Source of the DNA: Syntrophaceae bacterium
GTDB taxonomy: Bacteria > Desulfobacterota > Syntrophia > Syntrophales > Smithellaceae
Direction of reading: 5' to 3'
NCBI GenBank assembly: GCA_025355345.1
Contig: JANXZU010000122.1
Span: forward strand, 3-64,002
DNA: 64,000 nt
The translations under genes and the position numbers were made by a program. Positions 47,875-57,092 of this stretch are shown here, in pieces; positions within the stretch are counted from its first letter, which is position 1; every line of letters begins with the position of its first letter. A model generated the notes under the pieces. The model worked only from the letters and a program-made list of their open reading frames with translations. It made no database searches and had not been told where the DNA came from.

Positions 47875-47925
47875 TTTATTTCTCCATTACTTTTTAATAT
47901 TATATTTAATTTCCATGCGGAATTA

Positions 47926-48771
47926 CTATTCGGTTATATAACCCATTGTTCGGTAGATCAGCTTTGCTGCCATAAAATCAGGGGCAACAACGCCAGGCAG
48001 CGGCGCCAACTCCACAATATCTAACCCACGGATATTGCAGGATTTGGAAACCAATTTCAGCAAACGCAGTATGTCCTTCCAGTAAAGCCCCCCCGGTTCC
48101 GGAGTTCCTGTTGCCGCCATTATCGATGGATCGAACACATCGAGATCTATTGTAATAAAAACATCTCCACTTAAATTCTTCGAAACAGTTTCAGCCCAGT
48201 TTTTATTTTCCAATACAAAATCAGCTGAGTATGATTTTACTTTACTCTGAGGCAAAAATTCACCCTCTTCTTTACTCATGCTTCTGATACCCACCTGCAC
48301 AAGCGGACATAGCTCTGAAATTCTTTTGGCTACACAGGCATGGTTATAAGGGCTACCCTGATAGTTGTCGCGCAGATCGGCATGAGCATCAAACTGGAGA
48401 ACCGTTAATTTTGGATACTTTTCGATCACGGCCTGCACTGCGCCGAGAGTAATGCTGTGTTCCCCTCCAAGCATAACCGGAATTTTATTTAGCGAAACAA
48501 TTCGGGAAATTTTTTTTTTCACACTGCTTACCATATTCTTCGGACCGCGGGCATCAATTGCCACAGGCAAGGTTGTGTGAACCCCTACCAGATAGGTTTC
48601 TTTTTTTAATTCTTCATCATAAAGCTCCATGTTTGTGGAAGCTTCAATAATTGCAGCAGGGCCTCTGCGACTGCCTGATTGATAAGTTGATGTCAAATCG
48701 TAAGGAACCGGAACAACAACAAACTTTGCGTCGCGCAGTGAACACGCCGGATATATTCCCCCAAAATTCAT
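47926..48771 (-). CDS. speB: Agmatinase (arginase family)
   Basis: Mn-binding motifs GGEHSIT, FDAHADL and ITIDLDVFDPS. Adjacent to pdaD. Confidence 0.85.
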   Translation of the reverse strand: MNFGGIYPACSLRDAKFVVVPVPYDLTSTYQSGSRRGPAAIIEASTNMELYDEELKKETYLVGVHTTLPVAIDARGPKNMVSSVKKKISRIVSLNKIPVMLGGEHSITLGAVQAVIEKYPKLTVLQFDAHADLRDNYQGSPYNHACVAKRISELCPLVQVGIRSMSKEEGEFLPQSKVKSYSADFVLENKNWAETVSKNLSGDVFITIDLDVFDPSIMAATGTPEPGGLYWKDILRLLKLVSKSCNIRGLDIVELAPLPGVVAPDFMAAKLIYRTMGYITE

Positions 48772-48959
48772 AATAACACCCTCTCCACTTGCTGACCGGT
48801 AATTATATTAAATAGTCCTACCCAGCAGATATTTTCAAGCCCTTTTAAAAAAGATCGGGATTCCTAGCACATAGAAGACAAGATGTCCAGTTTTTCATCA
48901 TTTCCGCGTTAATAATATACTATATGCAATCAAACCGAAATTTTCAGCGAATAATTCAT

Positions 48960-49736
48960 TTAATGAGGTCTATAATAACCTAAAAAGAATTTACTGTTTT
49001 CGTAGTAAAGGAATGAATAGTGCCTGATCCAATCACCTAAAGCTGCAAAAGTCTTGCTCTTTCCTTCCGCAACATAATGACGCAAAACAGGTTCGTGACA
49101 ATGGCCAAGAATGACGGCATCATAATCTTCTTTAAATCTCTCCCGGGCGAAGGAAATCATCTTCTCCACAAGCACACCGCCGTCCTCAATTGTCATTTCT
49201 TTACTTGCCCTAGAGCTAAGACTTGCCAATGCCCACCTAATTGAAGATGGAATAAAACGTTGAAAGCTATAAAAAATCCGACTGCGTAAGAATTTACGAA
49301 ATAAAATATATTTAATGTTGGTTTGATCCGCCATATCGCCATGCGCGATCAAAGCCTTTAAATTGTCCAATTTTATGTCCGCCTGTTCTTCAAATACTTC
49401 TATTCCCAAAACATCGGAAAAATATTCTTTCATAAAAAAATCATGATTCCCCTCGCACAAATGAACATTAATGCCTGATTTATGAAGCTCAATTAATTTA
49501 TTAATGATCAGTTTGAATTCCGGATAAATTTTATCCTTTTCACAAAACCAAAAGTCGAACAGGTCACCAACGATATAAAGATGATCAATAGAAACCGCAT
49601 CTTTACCCAGTTCATCAGAATTAACCATGAATCTGGCATTACCATCTTTGATGTCGTTCAGGAAATTCATTAGCTGGACATATCTTTCTTCGGTAGATCG
49701 CTTTAAGTGGGCATCGGAAATAAAAATAGTTTTCAT
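48960..49736 (-). CDS. lpxH: UDP-2,3-diacylglucosamine hydrolase LpxH-like metallophosphoesterase
   Basis: FISDAHL, VGDLFDFWF and GNHDFF motifs. Confidence 0.65.
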   Translation of the reverse strand: MKTIFISDAHLKRSTEERYVQLMNFLNDIKDGNARFMVNSDELGKDAVSIDHLYIVGDLFDFWFCEKDKIYPEFKLIINKLIELHKSGINVHLCEGNHDFFMKEYFSDVLGIEVFEEQADIKLDNLKALIAHGDMADQTNIKYILFRKFLRSRIFYSFQRFIPSSIRWALASLSSRASKEMTIEDGGVLVEKMISFARERFKEDYDAVILGHCHEPVLRHYVAEGKSKTFAALGDWIRHYSFLYYENSKFFLGYYRPH

Positions 49737-50019
49737 GTGTTCATCTCTTTCCTGTAATGTTCAGTACTCTTTAACAGATAATCCCCTCTAAGGTCAATAT
49801 ACTCATTTACGAATTGAGTCTTGTCTTGTTTTGCATTTTTTGCTAGTTAATAAAGATTAATTTCCGAAACTGGAAATACAAAATATGGTGATATTAGTGG
49901 AACCACCTCCGGCAGACGCCAGAGGCTACTTAAAACAACGCGACCTCCCGTGCATGACATTGCTTTCTTTCCCCGGTCGGAACCTGGGGATTTCAAGTAG
50001 CGGGATTAAGGATGAAAAG

Positions 50020-51012
50020 ATGAAAAGAAATACAGAAACAATTAATCGGGCAAAAGAAGTACTAAAAATAGAGGCTCAAAGCATTCTTCACCTGATTGAT
50101 AAGATTGACAGTAACTTCATCCGTGCTGTGGATACGATATATAAATCCAAGGGACGGGTTATTATTACCGGAATTGGAAAATCGGGATTGATCGGAAGAA
50201 AAATTGTTGCAACACTTACCAGCACAGGGACACAAGCAATTTTTCTTCATCCTGTGGAGGGCATCCATGGTGATTTGGGTATAGTCACCAAAGAAGATAT
50301 CCTGCTGGCAATTTCTAACAGCGGCGAAACAAACGAATTAATTCCAATAATTAGCTCTGTGCGTCATATAGGAACGCCGGTCATTGCCTTTACCGGGAAC
50401 CTTACCTCGACTCTCGCCCGTGCAAGCGACATCATCATTGATGTTTCCGTGGAAAAAGAAGCCTGCCCTTTTGGTCTTGCGCCAACGTCCAGCACCACCG
50501 CTGCTCTTGCAATGGGGGATGCGCTGGCTATCGCACTAATTGACAAAAAACAATTCCGGGAAAAAGATTTTTTCAAGTTTCATCCGGGAGGAAGTCTGGG
50601 AGTAAGACTAAGGGCAACAGTTGGTGATTTCATGATCGTAGGCAAACAAATTCCGCGAGTTCTCACAGGTGTAAGTGTTCAAAAGGCGATACAGGAAATC
50701 AACCGCAGAAATGTTGGATTTGTTCTGATATCAGACAAAAACAACAAACTGCTGGGAATTTTAACCGATGGAGATGTGCGTCGCATGATCAGCAATGATA
50801 TTTCGTTTTCAGGTAAAACTATTGACGATTTAATGACGCGCAATCCTAAAACAATAGACGAAAATGCATCACTTGCACAAACTGTTGAGCGTATGCAAAA
50901 AGAAGAGATCACTGCCCTGGCCGTGGTAAATGCAAAAAAAGAGATTAAAGGTTATCTCCATATGCACGATATTTTAGGCCGTGGCGGATCTGTTACTATT
51001 TCTTTAACTTAA
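50020..51012 (+). CDS. kdsD: Arabinose-5-phosphate isomerase KdsD/KpsF (SIS + 2 CBS)
   Basis: SIS motif GIGKSGLIGRKI and tandem CBS domains. The ATG at 50020 has an AAGGA SD. The 45-codon upstream extension is not KdsD-like. Confidence 0.85.
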   Translation: MKRNTETINRAKEVLKIEAQSILHLIDKIDSNFIRAVDTIYKSKGRVIITGIGKSGLIGRKIVATLTSTGTQAIFLHPVEGIHGDLGIVTKEDILLAISNSGETNELIPIISSVRHIGTPVIAFTGNLTSTLARASDIIIDVSVEKEACPFGLAPTSSTTAALAMGDALAIALIDKKQFREKDFFKFHPGGSLGVRLRATVGDFMIVGKQIPRVLTGVSVQKAIQEINRRNVGFVLISDKNNKLLGILTDGDVRRMISNDISFSGKTIDDLMTRNPKTIDENASLAQTVERMQKEEITALAVVNAKKEIKGYLHMHDILGRGGSVTISLT

Positions 51013-51035
51013 ACTGGCGGACGGAGACAATAATT

Positions 51036-51560
51036 ATGGCGCTCTATGAATTTGATGGTAAGAGGCCTCAAGTGCCTGACGACTCTTTTGTCCACCCAGA
51101 CGCTGTTTTAATCGGCGATGTAAAAATCGGCCATGAATGTCTGATCGCGCCTGGTGTCTCTATCCGGGCAGATTTCGGTCAGGTGACAATCGGCGATCGT
51201 TCTAATGTCCAGGATAATGCCGTTATTCATGTTAATGTCGATGCTAGAGTAATCATTGAAAAAGAAGTTACCATTGCCCACAGCGTCGTTCTACACGATG
51301 TTCACATCAAATCACGATGCGTAATCGGCATAGGCGCTATTGTACTGTTTGATGCTGTTTGTGAAGAAGACGTTTTTGTTTCTGCGGGTTCAGTTGTAAC
51401 TAAAGGCATGCAAATTCCTGCCGGTAAAGTTGTCGCCGGTAATCCTGCTGAGGTTACCCATAATGTAACTGACAAACAAAAAATAATGGCTAAAGACGGA
51501 ATCGACGTTTATAGGAAACTTTGCAGAAAATATATAGCATCGATGAAGCTTATTAGATGA
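51036..51560 (+). CDS. Gamma-carbonic-anhydrase-like / hexapeptide-repeat protein (YrdA/PaaY family)
   Basis: The start YEFDGKRPQVPDDSFVHPDAVLIGDV and the left-handed beta-helix hexapeptide periodicity. Confidence 0.8.
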   Translation: MALYEFDGKRPQVPDDSFVHPDAVLIGDVKIGHECLIAPGVSIRADFGQVTIGDRSNVQDNAVIHVNVDARVIIEKEVTIAHSVVLHDVHIKSRCVIGIGAIVLFDAVCEEDVFVSAGSVVTKGMQIPAGKVVAGNPAEVTHNVTDKQKIMAKDGIDVYRKLCRKYIASMKLIR

Positions 51561-51629
51561 TATAGAATTTGTGATAAAATTAAAAAGTACAAATTACAAT
51601 TTCTAATGAGTTTTAGCGTTCAGGCCAAA

Positions 51630-53633
51630 TCATCGGCAGTCGCCCTTGCCTTTTGCCATTTCTAACAATTTGCAATTTCCCAATGCACATGCCTTTTGCG
51701 CATCAGAGCATCCAAGCTTTTTATTACCCTGAGACAAAAAATCAATTCCCCTGTTATTGTAAGCATCGGCATAATCCGGTTTCAGGCGAATTGCTTCACT
51801 ATAGTCCTGGATGGCACGCTGCTCCTGACGAAGATTATCATAAGCCCCACCCCTGTTACTGTATGCCATGGCATAATCCGGCTTAATACGGATTGCCTCA
51901 TTATAGTCATTCAGTGCAATTTGATACTGGCCAAGTCCAGCGTAAGCGACCCCCCTGACATTGTAGGCTTCAGCATAGTAGGGATTCAGGCGAATTGCCG
52001 CATTATAGTCATTCATGGCCAGCGGTTGTTGCCCGAGTCTAGAGTATGCACCCCCCCTATTGTAGTAGGCTTCGGCGCATTCCGGTTTTAGGCGTATTGC
52101 CGTATTATAGTCATTCATGGCCAGCTGATGCTGGCCGAGTTTATCATAAACAACCCCTCTGTTATTGTAGGCTCCGGCATAATCCGGTTTCATGCGAATT
52201 GCCGCATTATAGTCTTGGATGGCTAATTGATACTGGCCGAGTGCAGAGTTAGCCCCCCCCCTGTTGTAGTAGGCTTCGGCATAATCCGGTTTCAGGCGAA
52301 TTACCGCATTATAGTCTTGGATGGCGAGTTGATGCTGGCCAAGTTTATCATAAGTTGTTCCTCTATTGTTATGTGCCAAAACATTATTCTTTGTTATCCG
52401 CAAAGCATGACTAAAAAGTTCGATACCGTTTTTCCAGTAACCACATTGCTGCCAGGTTAAGACTGCCAAGATGAGCAGGACGGCTATACACACCGGGAAT
52501 AAAATCTTTTTGCGCATGTCTGCGCGTGGAACCAAAAGCGGAATGCCCCAGGCCAGCATAATGGCAATGCCGATCGAGGGTAGATAAGTGTAACGATCGG
52601 CCATCGCTTGCCTACCAACCTGAACCAACCCAATTACGGGAATCAGAGTTCCCAAAAACCAGAACCAGCCAACAAATAAAAAAGGTGTTTTCTTAAAGGC
52701 ATAAATAACAAATATTGTAATTCCGATCAGGATAAAGAAAGAAACCAAAACAGACCATAACGAAAAGGTGAATTCATAAGGGTAGAATACGGATAGATCA
52801 ACCGGCCAGAAAGTTTTTCTCAAATAGGAGACATAAGAAATAATCGCGTTGGCAATACGTACAGAAAAACGCAGATGTTCCATGGAAGCAACCGTATTGC
52901 CTTTGTTTTGAGCCCAAAAGGTCGCAATACTCGAGGCAATTGTTAAGAAAACAAAAGGCGCCTTTTCCCATAAAAGTCTGCCCGCTATTTTATAGTGCCT
53001 TTCAGTAGGAGCGGATAAGACTTTCTGCCAGCGCCCAAGCGGCCAGTAATCAAGAAGCAACAAGACAAAAGGCAAGGTAACCAGCATGGGTTTGGACATA
53101 AGGCTCAAAGCAAATAATATTAAACAAAGAAAATACCGGGAGAGTTTAGAACTTTCAAGATAATAGGCATAAGCATAAATACTCGCCATACCGAAAAACA
53201 TACTTAATACGTCTTTGCGCTCGGCTGCCCAGGCAACTGATTCCACCCGCAGAGGATGCAGGGCAAATAGAGCAGCGACAAATGCAGAGGACCAAAGATT
53301 CTTTGTCATCCTGTTTAAAAATAAGAATAACAAGAGAACGCTGCCGATATGCAAGAGCAAATTAATGAGGTGATGTCCTGCAGCGTTCGCTCCGAACAGG
53401 CTCCAGTCCAGAGCATGAGAAAGTAAAGTTAGAGGATGCCAGTTAGCAAGAAAAACATCAGAAAACGCCCATTTAATACTTTCCAGATTAATGCCTGATT
53501 GAATATAGTTGTTTTCGGTTATGTATGCGTAGTCATCAAAATTAACAAATTCATTTCCTACTATACGGCCGAAAGCGAAAAAAGAAGCAGCAATTAAAAA
53601 TATTACGATAAGATAAGTGTATTTATTCTTCAT
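51630..53633 (-). CDS. TMTC-like membrane glycosyltransferase (GT39/PMT_2-like N-domain) fused to TPR repeats, paralog 2
   Basis: Polytopic N-terminal half (HPLRVESVAWAAERKDVL) plus about 7 copies of a 34-aa TPR unit (AIRLKPDYAEAYNNRG...). The ATG at 53633 overlaps the upstream stop in an ATGA. Confidence 0.7.
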   Translation of the reverse strand: MKNKYTYLIVIFLIAASFFAFGRIVGNEFVNFDDYAYITENNYIQSGINLESIKWAFSDVFLANWHPLTLLSHALDWSLFGANAAGHHLINLLLHIGSVLLLFLFLNRMTKNLWSSAFVAALFALHPLRVESVAWAAERKDVLSMFFGMASIYAYAYYLESSKLSRYFLCLILFALSLMSKPMLVTLPFVLLLLDYWPLGRWQKVLSAPTERHYKIAGRLLWEKAPFVFLTIASSIATFWAQNKGNTVASMEHLRFSVRIANAIISYVSYLRKTFWPVDLSVFYPYEFTFSLWSVLVSFFILIGITIFVIYAFKKTPFLFVGWFWFLGTLIPVIGLVQVGRQAMADRYTYLPSIGIAIMLAWGIPLLVPRADMRKKILFPVCIAVLLILAVLTWQQCGYWKNGIELFSHALRITKNNVLAHNNRGTTYDKLGQHQLAIQDYNAVIRLKPDYAEAYYNRGGANSALGQYQLAIQDYNAAIRMKPDYAGAYNNRGVVYDKLGQHQLAMNDYNTAIRLKPECAEAYYNRGGAYSRLGQQPLAMNDYNAAIRLNPYYAEAYNVRGVAYAGLGQYQIALNDYNEAIRIKPDYAMAYSNRGGAYDNLRQEQRAIQDYSEAIRLKPDYADAYNNRGIDFLSQGNKKLGCSDAQKACALGNCKLLEMAKGKGDCR

Positions 53634-55825
53634 AAGCAGTCGCCCTTGCCTTTTGCCATTTTTAACAATTTGCAATTTCCCAATGCACATGCCTTTTGCG
53701 CATCAGAGCATCCAAGCTTTTTATTTCCCTGAGACAAATAATCAATTCCCCTGTTATTGTAAGCATCGGCATAATCCGGTTTCAGGCGAATTGCTTCACT
53801 ATAGTCCTGGATGGCACGCTGCTCCTGACGAAGATTATCATAAGCCCCACCCCTTTTTAGGTAGACTATGGCATAATCCGGTTTCAGACGAATTGCCGCA
53901 TTATAATCTTGAATGGCTAACTGATACTGGCCGAGTCCGGAGTAAACAACCCCTCTGACATTGTAGACTTCGGCATAACCCGGTTTCAGACGAATGGCTG
54001 CATTATAGTCATTCATGGCATGCGGATGCTGGCCGAGTCCGGAGTAAGCACAACCCCTATAGTAGTAGGCTTCGGCACATTCCGGTTTCAGCCGAATTGC
54101 AGTATTATAGTCTTTGATGGCTAGTTGATACTGGCTAAGTTTGGAGTAAACCACCCCCCTGTTATTGTATGCATCGGCATAATCCGGTTTCAGACGAATT
54201 GCCGAATCATAATCATTCATGGCCAGCTGATGCTGGCCGAGTTTATCATAAACAACCCCTCTGTTATTGTAGGCTTCCGCATAATCAGGTTTCATACGAA
54301 TTGCCACATTATAATCTTGGATGGCTAGTTGATACTGGCCGAGTGCAGAGTAAGCACAACCCCTGCTATTGTAGGCTTCGACATAATCCGGTTTCAGGCG
54401 AATTACCGCATTATAATCTTGAATGGCTAGTTGATACTGGCCAAGTTTATCATAAGTAACACCTCTATTGTTATGTGCCAAAACATTATTCTTTGTTATC
54501 CGCAAAGCATGACTATAAAGTTCGATACCGTTTTTCCAGTAACCACATTGCTGCCAGGTTAAAACTGCCATAATGAGCAGAATGGCTATACCCGCCGGGA
54601 ATAAAATATTTTTGCGTTTGTCTGTACGTGGGAACAAAAACGGAATGCCCCAGACCAGCATAATGGCAATGCCTATCGAGGGCAGGTAAGTGTAGCGATC
54701 AGCCATCGATTGTGACCCGGCCTGCACCAACCCGATCACGGGAATCAGAGTTCCCAAAAACCAGAACCAGCCAACAAATAAAAAAGGTGTTTTCTTAAAG
54801 GCATAAATAACAAATATTGTAATTCCGATCAGGATAAAGAAAGAAACCAAAACAGACCATAACGAAAAGGTGTATTCATAAGGATAGAATACGGCCAGAT
54901 CAACCGGCCAGAAAGTTTTACCAAGGTAAGCAACGTAGGAAATTATAGCGTTAATCACACGCTTAAAAAATGGAAATTGTTGAAAGGACATAAGTAAACC
55001 TTCTGCTTTCGTTTGCCAAGCAACCATGATAGTTATGGATGCTGATAAAAATATGAATGGCAACTTCTCCCACAAAAGGTTATGTATCAATTTACGGTCT
55101 ATTTGGGCAGGTTGGGCTATCTTTTTATTCTCAGGGTATTCAGCTTTTAGCTTTTTATCACACATACAAGCGTCTTTATCAACTAATGCTGAAACACTCT
55201 GTGGTGTTGACGCCTTTTGCCAACGGGCCAGCGGCCAGTAATCAAGGAGCATCAAAACAAAGGGCAAAGTAACAAACGTCGGCTTCGCCATCAAGCTCAA
55301 AGCAAATAATACTATACAAATGATATATTTAGAGATTTGACGCTTTTCAATGTAAAAAGCATAAGCATATAGAGCCGCTAAAACAAAAAACACGCTCAAA
55401 ACATCTTTGCGTTCGGCCGCCCATGCCACAGATTCCACCCGCAGAGGGTGCAAGGCAAATAGAGCGGCAACGAAAACGCTGGACAAAAGTGTGCCTGTAG
55501 TTTTTTTAAAAAAAAGGAAGAGAAGAATAACACTTCCAATGTGCCATAATAGACTTACAAGATGATGACCGGAAGGATTTGCTCCGAATAAGTTCCAATC
55601 CAGCATGATTGAAAGCCAGGTAAGGGGATGCCAAAAATCGGGAGATGAAGCCGTCAACGCCCATTTAATGCTTTCTGCATTAAATCCAGCTTTAATATAT
55701 TTATTTTCCGTTATAAATGAATCGTCATCAAAATTAACAAAATCATTTCCCACTATACGCCCGAAAGCGACAAAACAAGTAACAATTAAAAACAATACGA
55801 TGATATGTTTATATTTTTTATCCAT
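53630..55825 (-). CDS. TMTC-like membrane glycosyltransferase fused to TPR repeats, paralog 1
   Basis: Same architecture as paralog 2. Has an extra insert STPQSVSALVDKDACMCDKKLKAEYPENKK. The C-terminal Cys-rich tail is nearly identical in the two paralogs. Confidence 0.7.
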   Translation of the reverse strand: MDKKYKHIIVLFLIVTCFVAFGRIVGNDFVNFDDDSFITENKYIKAGFNAESIKWALTASSPDFWHPLTWLSIMLDWNLFGANPSGHHLVSLLWHIGSVILLFLFFKKTTGTLLSSVFVAALFALHPLRVESVAWAAERKDVLSVFFVLAALYAYAFYIEKRQISKYIICIVLFALSLMAKPTFVTLPFVLMLLDYWPLARWQKASTPQSVSALVDKDACMCDKKLKAEYPENKKIAQPAQIDRKLIHNLLWEKLPFIFLSASITIMVAWQTKAEGLLMSFQQFPFFKRVINAIISYVAYLGKTFWPVDLAVFYPYEYTFSLWSVLVSFFILIGITIFVIYAFKKTPFLFVGWFWFLGTLIPVIGLVQAGSQSMADRYTYLPSIGIAIMLVWGIPFLFPRTDKRKNILFPAGIAILLIMAVLTWQQCGYWKNGIELYSHALRITKNNVLAHNNRGVTYDKLGQYQLAIQDYNAVIRLKPDYVEAYNSRGCAYSALGQYQLAIQDYNVAIRMKPDYAEAYNNRGVVYDKLGQHQLAMNDYDSAIRLKPDYADAYNNRGVVYSKLSQYQLAIKDYNTAIRLKPECAEAYYYRGCAYSGLGQHPHAMNDYNAAIRLKPGYAEVYNVRGVVYSGLGQYQLAIQDYNAAIRLKPDYAIVYLKRGGAYDNLRQEQRAIQDYSEAIRLKPDYADAYNNRGIDYLSQGNKKLGCSDAQKACALGNCKLLKMAKGKGDCL

Positions 55826-55908
55826 GGGTTGAGTTATCCATTAAAATATAATTTTATTATTGCAAGAAAAATGAGATTACTGTATGAACTCTAAACTATT
55901 GACTTTAT

Positions 55909-55983
55909 TGGTAGGCGGTGCTGGGATTGAACCAGCGACTTCTACCGTGTGAAGGTAGCACTCTCCCGCTGAGTTAACCGCCC
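55909..55983 (-). tRNA. tRNA-Val (anticodon CAC)
   Basis: GGGCGGTTAACTCAGCGGGAGAGTGCTACCTTCACACGGTAGAAGTCGCTGGTTCAATCCCAGCACCGCCTACCA. The cloverleaf arms were checked by hand. CCA is encoded. Confidence 0.9.
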
Positions 55984-56063
55984 AATTGACCTTTGCTATA
56001 GCCTAAAGAACCTGCTATTTCAAGTGAAAAGACTGCTTAACATTTAGGAAATATCTTAATAGC

Positions 56064-56113
56064 AAGCAAGCTTTCAAAGAATTAAATCTTAATGTTTGAA
56101 AGCAACTTGTTAT
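56064..56113 (-). repeat. Structured repeat, copy D (hairpin module only), overlapping the 3' end of the nitrilase-family gene
   Basis: CAAGCAAGCTTTCAAAG and GTTTGAAAGCAACTTGTTAT match the hairpin arms of copies A-C. The arms encode the last residues (NNKLLSNIKI). Confidence 0.7.
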
Positions 56114-56906
56114 TAACCAAATCGTGATAATATTCTACTCTGCGATCAGCAAACAAATCATTATAAATGTTTGCTCGTTTGTTCCTTGCCTTTGCAATAT
56201 CTATTTCGGCAATACCTACCTCATCGCTCTCCGGGGCAGCACGATACAAAATACTTCCATCAGGTGCAGTTATCTGGCTTTTACCGGTATAATTGAAGCG
56301 TTTGCCGTCGCGGTCTTCGCATCCTGTGCGGTTTGCCGTTATCGCGTAAACTTTATTTTCCAGGCATCTGGTTAGCATGGAATCCTGACAATAGGGAAGA
56401 ACAAGATTAGCGGGATGACAAATAATATCGGCGCCTTGAAGGGCTAAAACCCTGGCGGATTCAGGAAAGAACCAGTCAAAGCAGATCATAATACCGATTC
56501 TACATTGACCGATATCATAAACTTCAAAGCCTTTGTTACCCGGTTGAAACCATAGTTTTTCTTCATTAAAAAGGTGAACTTTCCGATACGTAGCCAAATA
56601 ACCTGCAGGTGAAACTAAGACGGCAGAGTTGTATAAGTTATCATCAGCCATTTCAGCAATCCCTGCTACAATATGAATATTTTTCTTTTGGGCAATTGTA
56701 CATAGCGCTTTTACCGTTTTCCCCGACGGAATTTCTTCCGCCAGATCCCAGACTTCCTCGGCAGAAATGAAATGGTATCCGGTATTAAACAGCTCCGGCA
56801 ACACCAGTAGCTCAGCATCAGCATTATCAATCATTGATAATGCTTTATTATTGTTTGCGTCAACATTACCAAATTGAGGCGCAAACTGAAGAAATCCAGT
56901 TTTCAT
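56082..56906 (-). CDS. Carbon-nitrogen hydrolase (nitrilase superfamily)
   Basis: Catalytic context LVLPELFNTGY, ...KVHLF... and IGIMICFDWFFPE (Glu-Lys-Cys triad pattern). Confidence 0.8.
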   Translation of the reverse strand: MKTGFLQFAPQFGNVDANNNKALSMIDNADAELLVLPELFNTGYHFISAEEVWDLAEEIPSGKTVKALCTIAQKKNIHIVAGIAEMADDNLYNSAVLVSPAGYLATYRKVHLFNEEKLWFQPGNKGFEVYDIGQCRIGIMICFDWFFPESARVLALQGADIICHPANLVLPYCQDSMLTRCLENKVYAITANRTGCEDRDGKRFNYTGKSQITAPDGSILYRAAPESDEVGIAEIDIAKARNKRANIYNDLFADRRVEYYHDLVNNKLLSNIKI

Positions 56907-57092
56907 ATGCTCTCTTTAAATTTTGATGATCTCAGATTACTCGAATATTGGTTTTTATGTCAACATAATACATTTTGAAGATTCGGTTAGGATAGCTTTG
57001 ATGAGTATTAAAAGCAAAACATCCCGCCATCGCTTTAACACGATGACGGGATGATTCGGTACTGCTTTTCAGCTTAGTGCTGTAGGGGTTAA

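Noticed and set aside
51700-54500. Regularly spaced, highly similar ~102-bp repeats, considered as a possible CRISPR-like or tandem-repeat array.
   Set aside because: The period equals one 34-aa TPR unit. The repeats are in frame inside two long ORFs and have no unique spacers. This is protein-coding repetition.
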